Positions 39,885 through 39,966 of a stretch of DNA of 39,966 nt are shown piece after piece (the first letter of the stretch is position 1; each line of letters begins with the position of its first letter). A program made the translations under genes and the position numbers. Source of the DNA: Chthoniobacterales bacterium (GTDB lineage: Bacteria; Verrucomicrobiota; Verrucomicrobiia; Chthoniobacterales; JACTMZ01); the NCBI GenBank assembly GCA_017853515.1, contig JAFMJK010000001.1, forward strand, positions 1 through 39,966, given 5' to 3'. The notes below the pieces were generated by a model. It saw only the letters and a list, made by a program, of their open reading frames with translations. It was not told the origin of the DNA and searched no databases.

Positions 39885-39966
39885 TCAGCGCGCTTCGCCT
39901 TCCGTGGTCAGGAGTTCGATGACCGGCGAGGGATCCGTGATGCCGTGGGGAAAATGCCTGCCCCCT
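39885..39966 (-). CDS. possible 3' end of an unidentified CDS running off the window
   Basis: The reverse strand reads ...RGHFPHGITDPSPVIELLTTEGEAR-stop (TGA at 39885-39887). Only 26 codons are visible and no family was recognised. Confidence 0.25.
   Translation of the reverse strand, partial: GGRHFPHGITDPSPVIELLTTEGEAR

Overview
This is a dense, GC-rich (about 65% by eye) bacterial chromosomal window. I call about 38 CDS and one tRNA. I recognised no rRNA, CRISPR array, transposase, integrase or phage genes. The gene families (TIGR03790-like, DUF2851, DUF5069, small basic protein) and the intergenic repeats suggest Verrucomicrobiota, possibly Opitutales-like; this is inference only.

The housekeeping backbone is thiG, hisC, mnmE, pyrD, an rsuA/rluB-family synthase, ridA, tRNA-Val, nusA-infB-rbfA-nrnA-truB-ribF, pdxJ, recN, an acyl-CoA desaturase and a class A PBP. 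Many neighbouring genes are joined by 1-4 nt stop/start overlaps: GTGA at 819-822; TGATG at 3165-3169 and 8437-8441; ATGA at 8699-8702, 15535-15538, 26249-26252, 27385-27388 and 31083-31086. Because of the high GC content, most long ORFs in the track are shadow frames or false N-terminal extensions. I re-derived starts by hand where I could.

The items most worth a second look are:
1. A translationally coupled block recN / GT4 glycosyltransferase / output-less CHASE2-like membrane protein / beta-CASP MBL nuclease (23388-28746).
2. A GYF_2-bactofilin fusion (6564-7190). It lies divergent from a three-gene overlapping cassette of a wHTH/TolB_N-like protein plus two tiny membrane proteins (7597-8827), across a 406-nt repeat-bearing control region.
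3. An ArsP-type permease / TIGR03943 Cys-His-loop protein / AttH-CrtC lipocalin-like operon (30169-33021).
4. A DCC(DUF393)-LMF fusion protein (33299-35179).
5. At least three families of structured intergenic repeats concentrated at convergent gene ends: a 67-nt element with terminal inverted repeats, GTAG-type REP/BIME-like hairpins, and C-free TGAG-rich tracts.
6. A 51-aa small basic protein gene absent from the ORF track.

None of these can be shown to be a new system from sequence alone. All family assignments come from motif recognition by eye and need HMM or BLAST confirmation.
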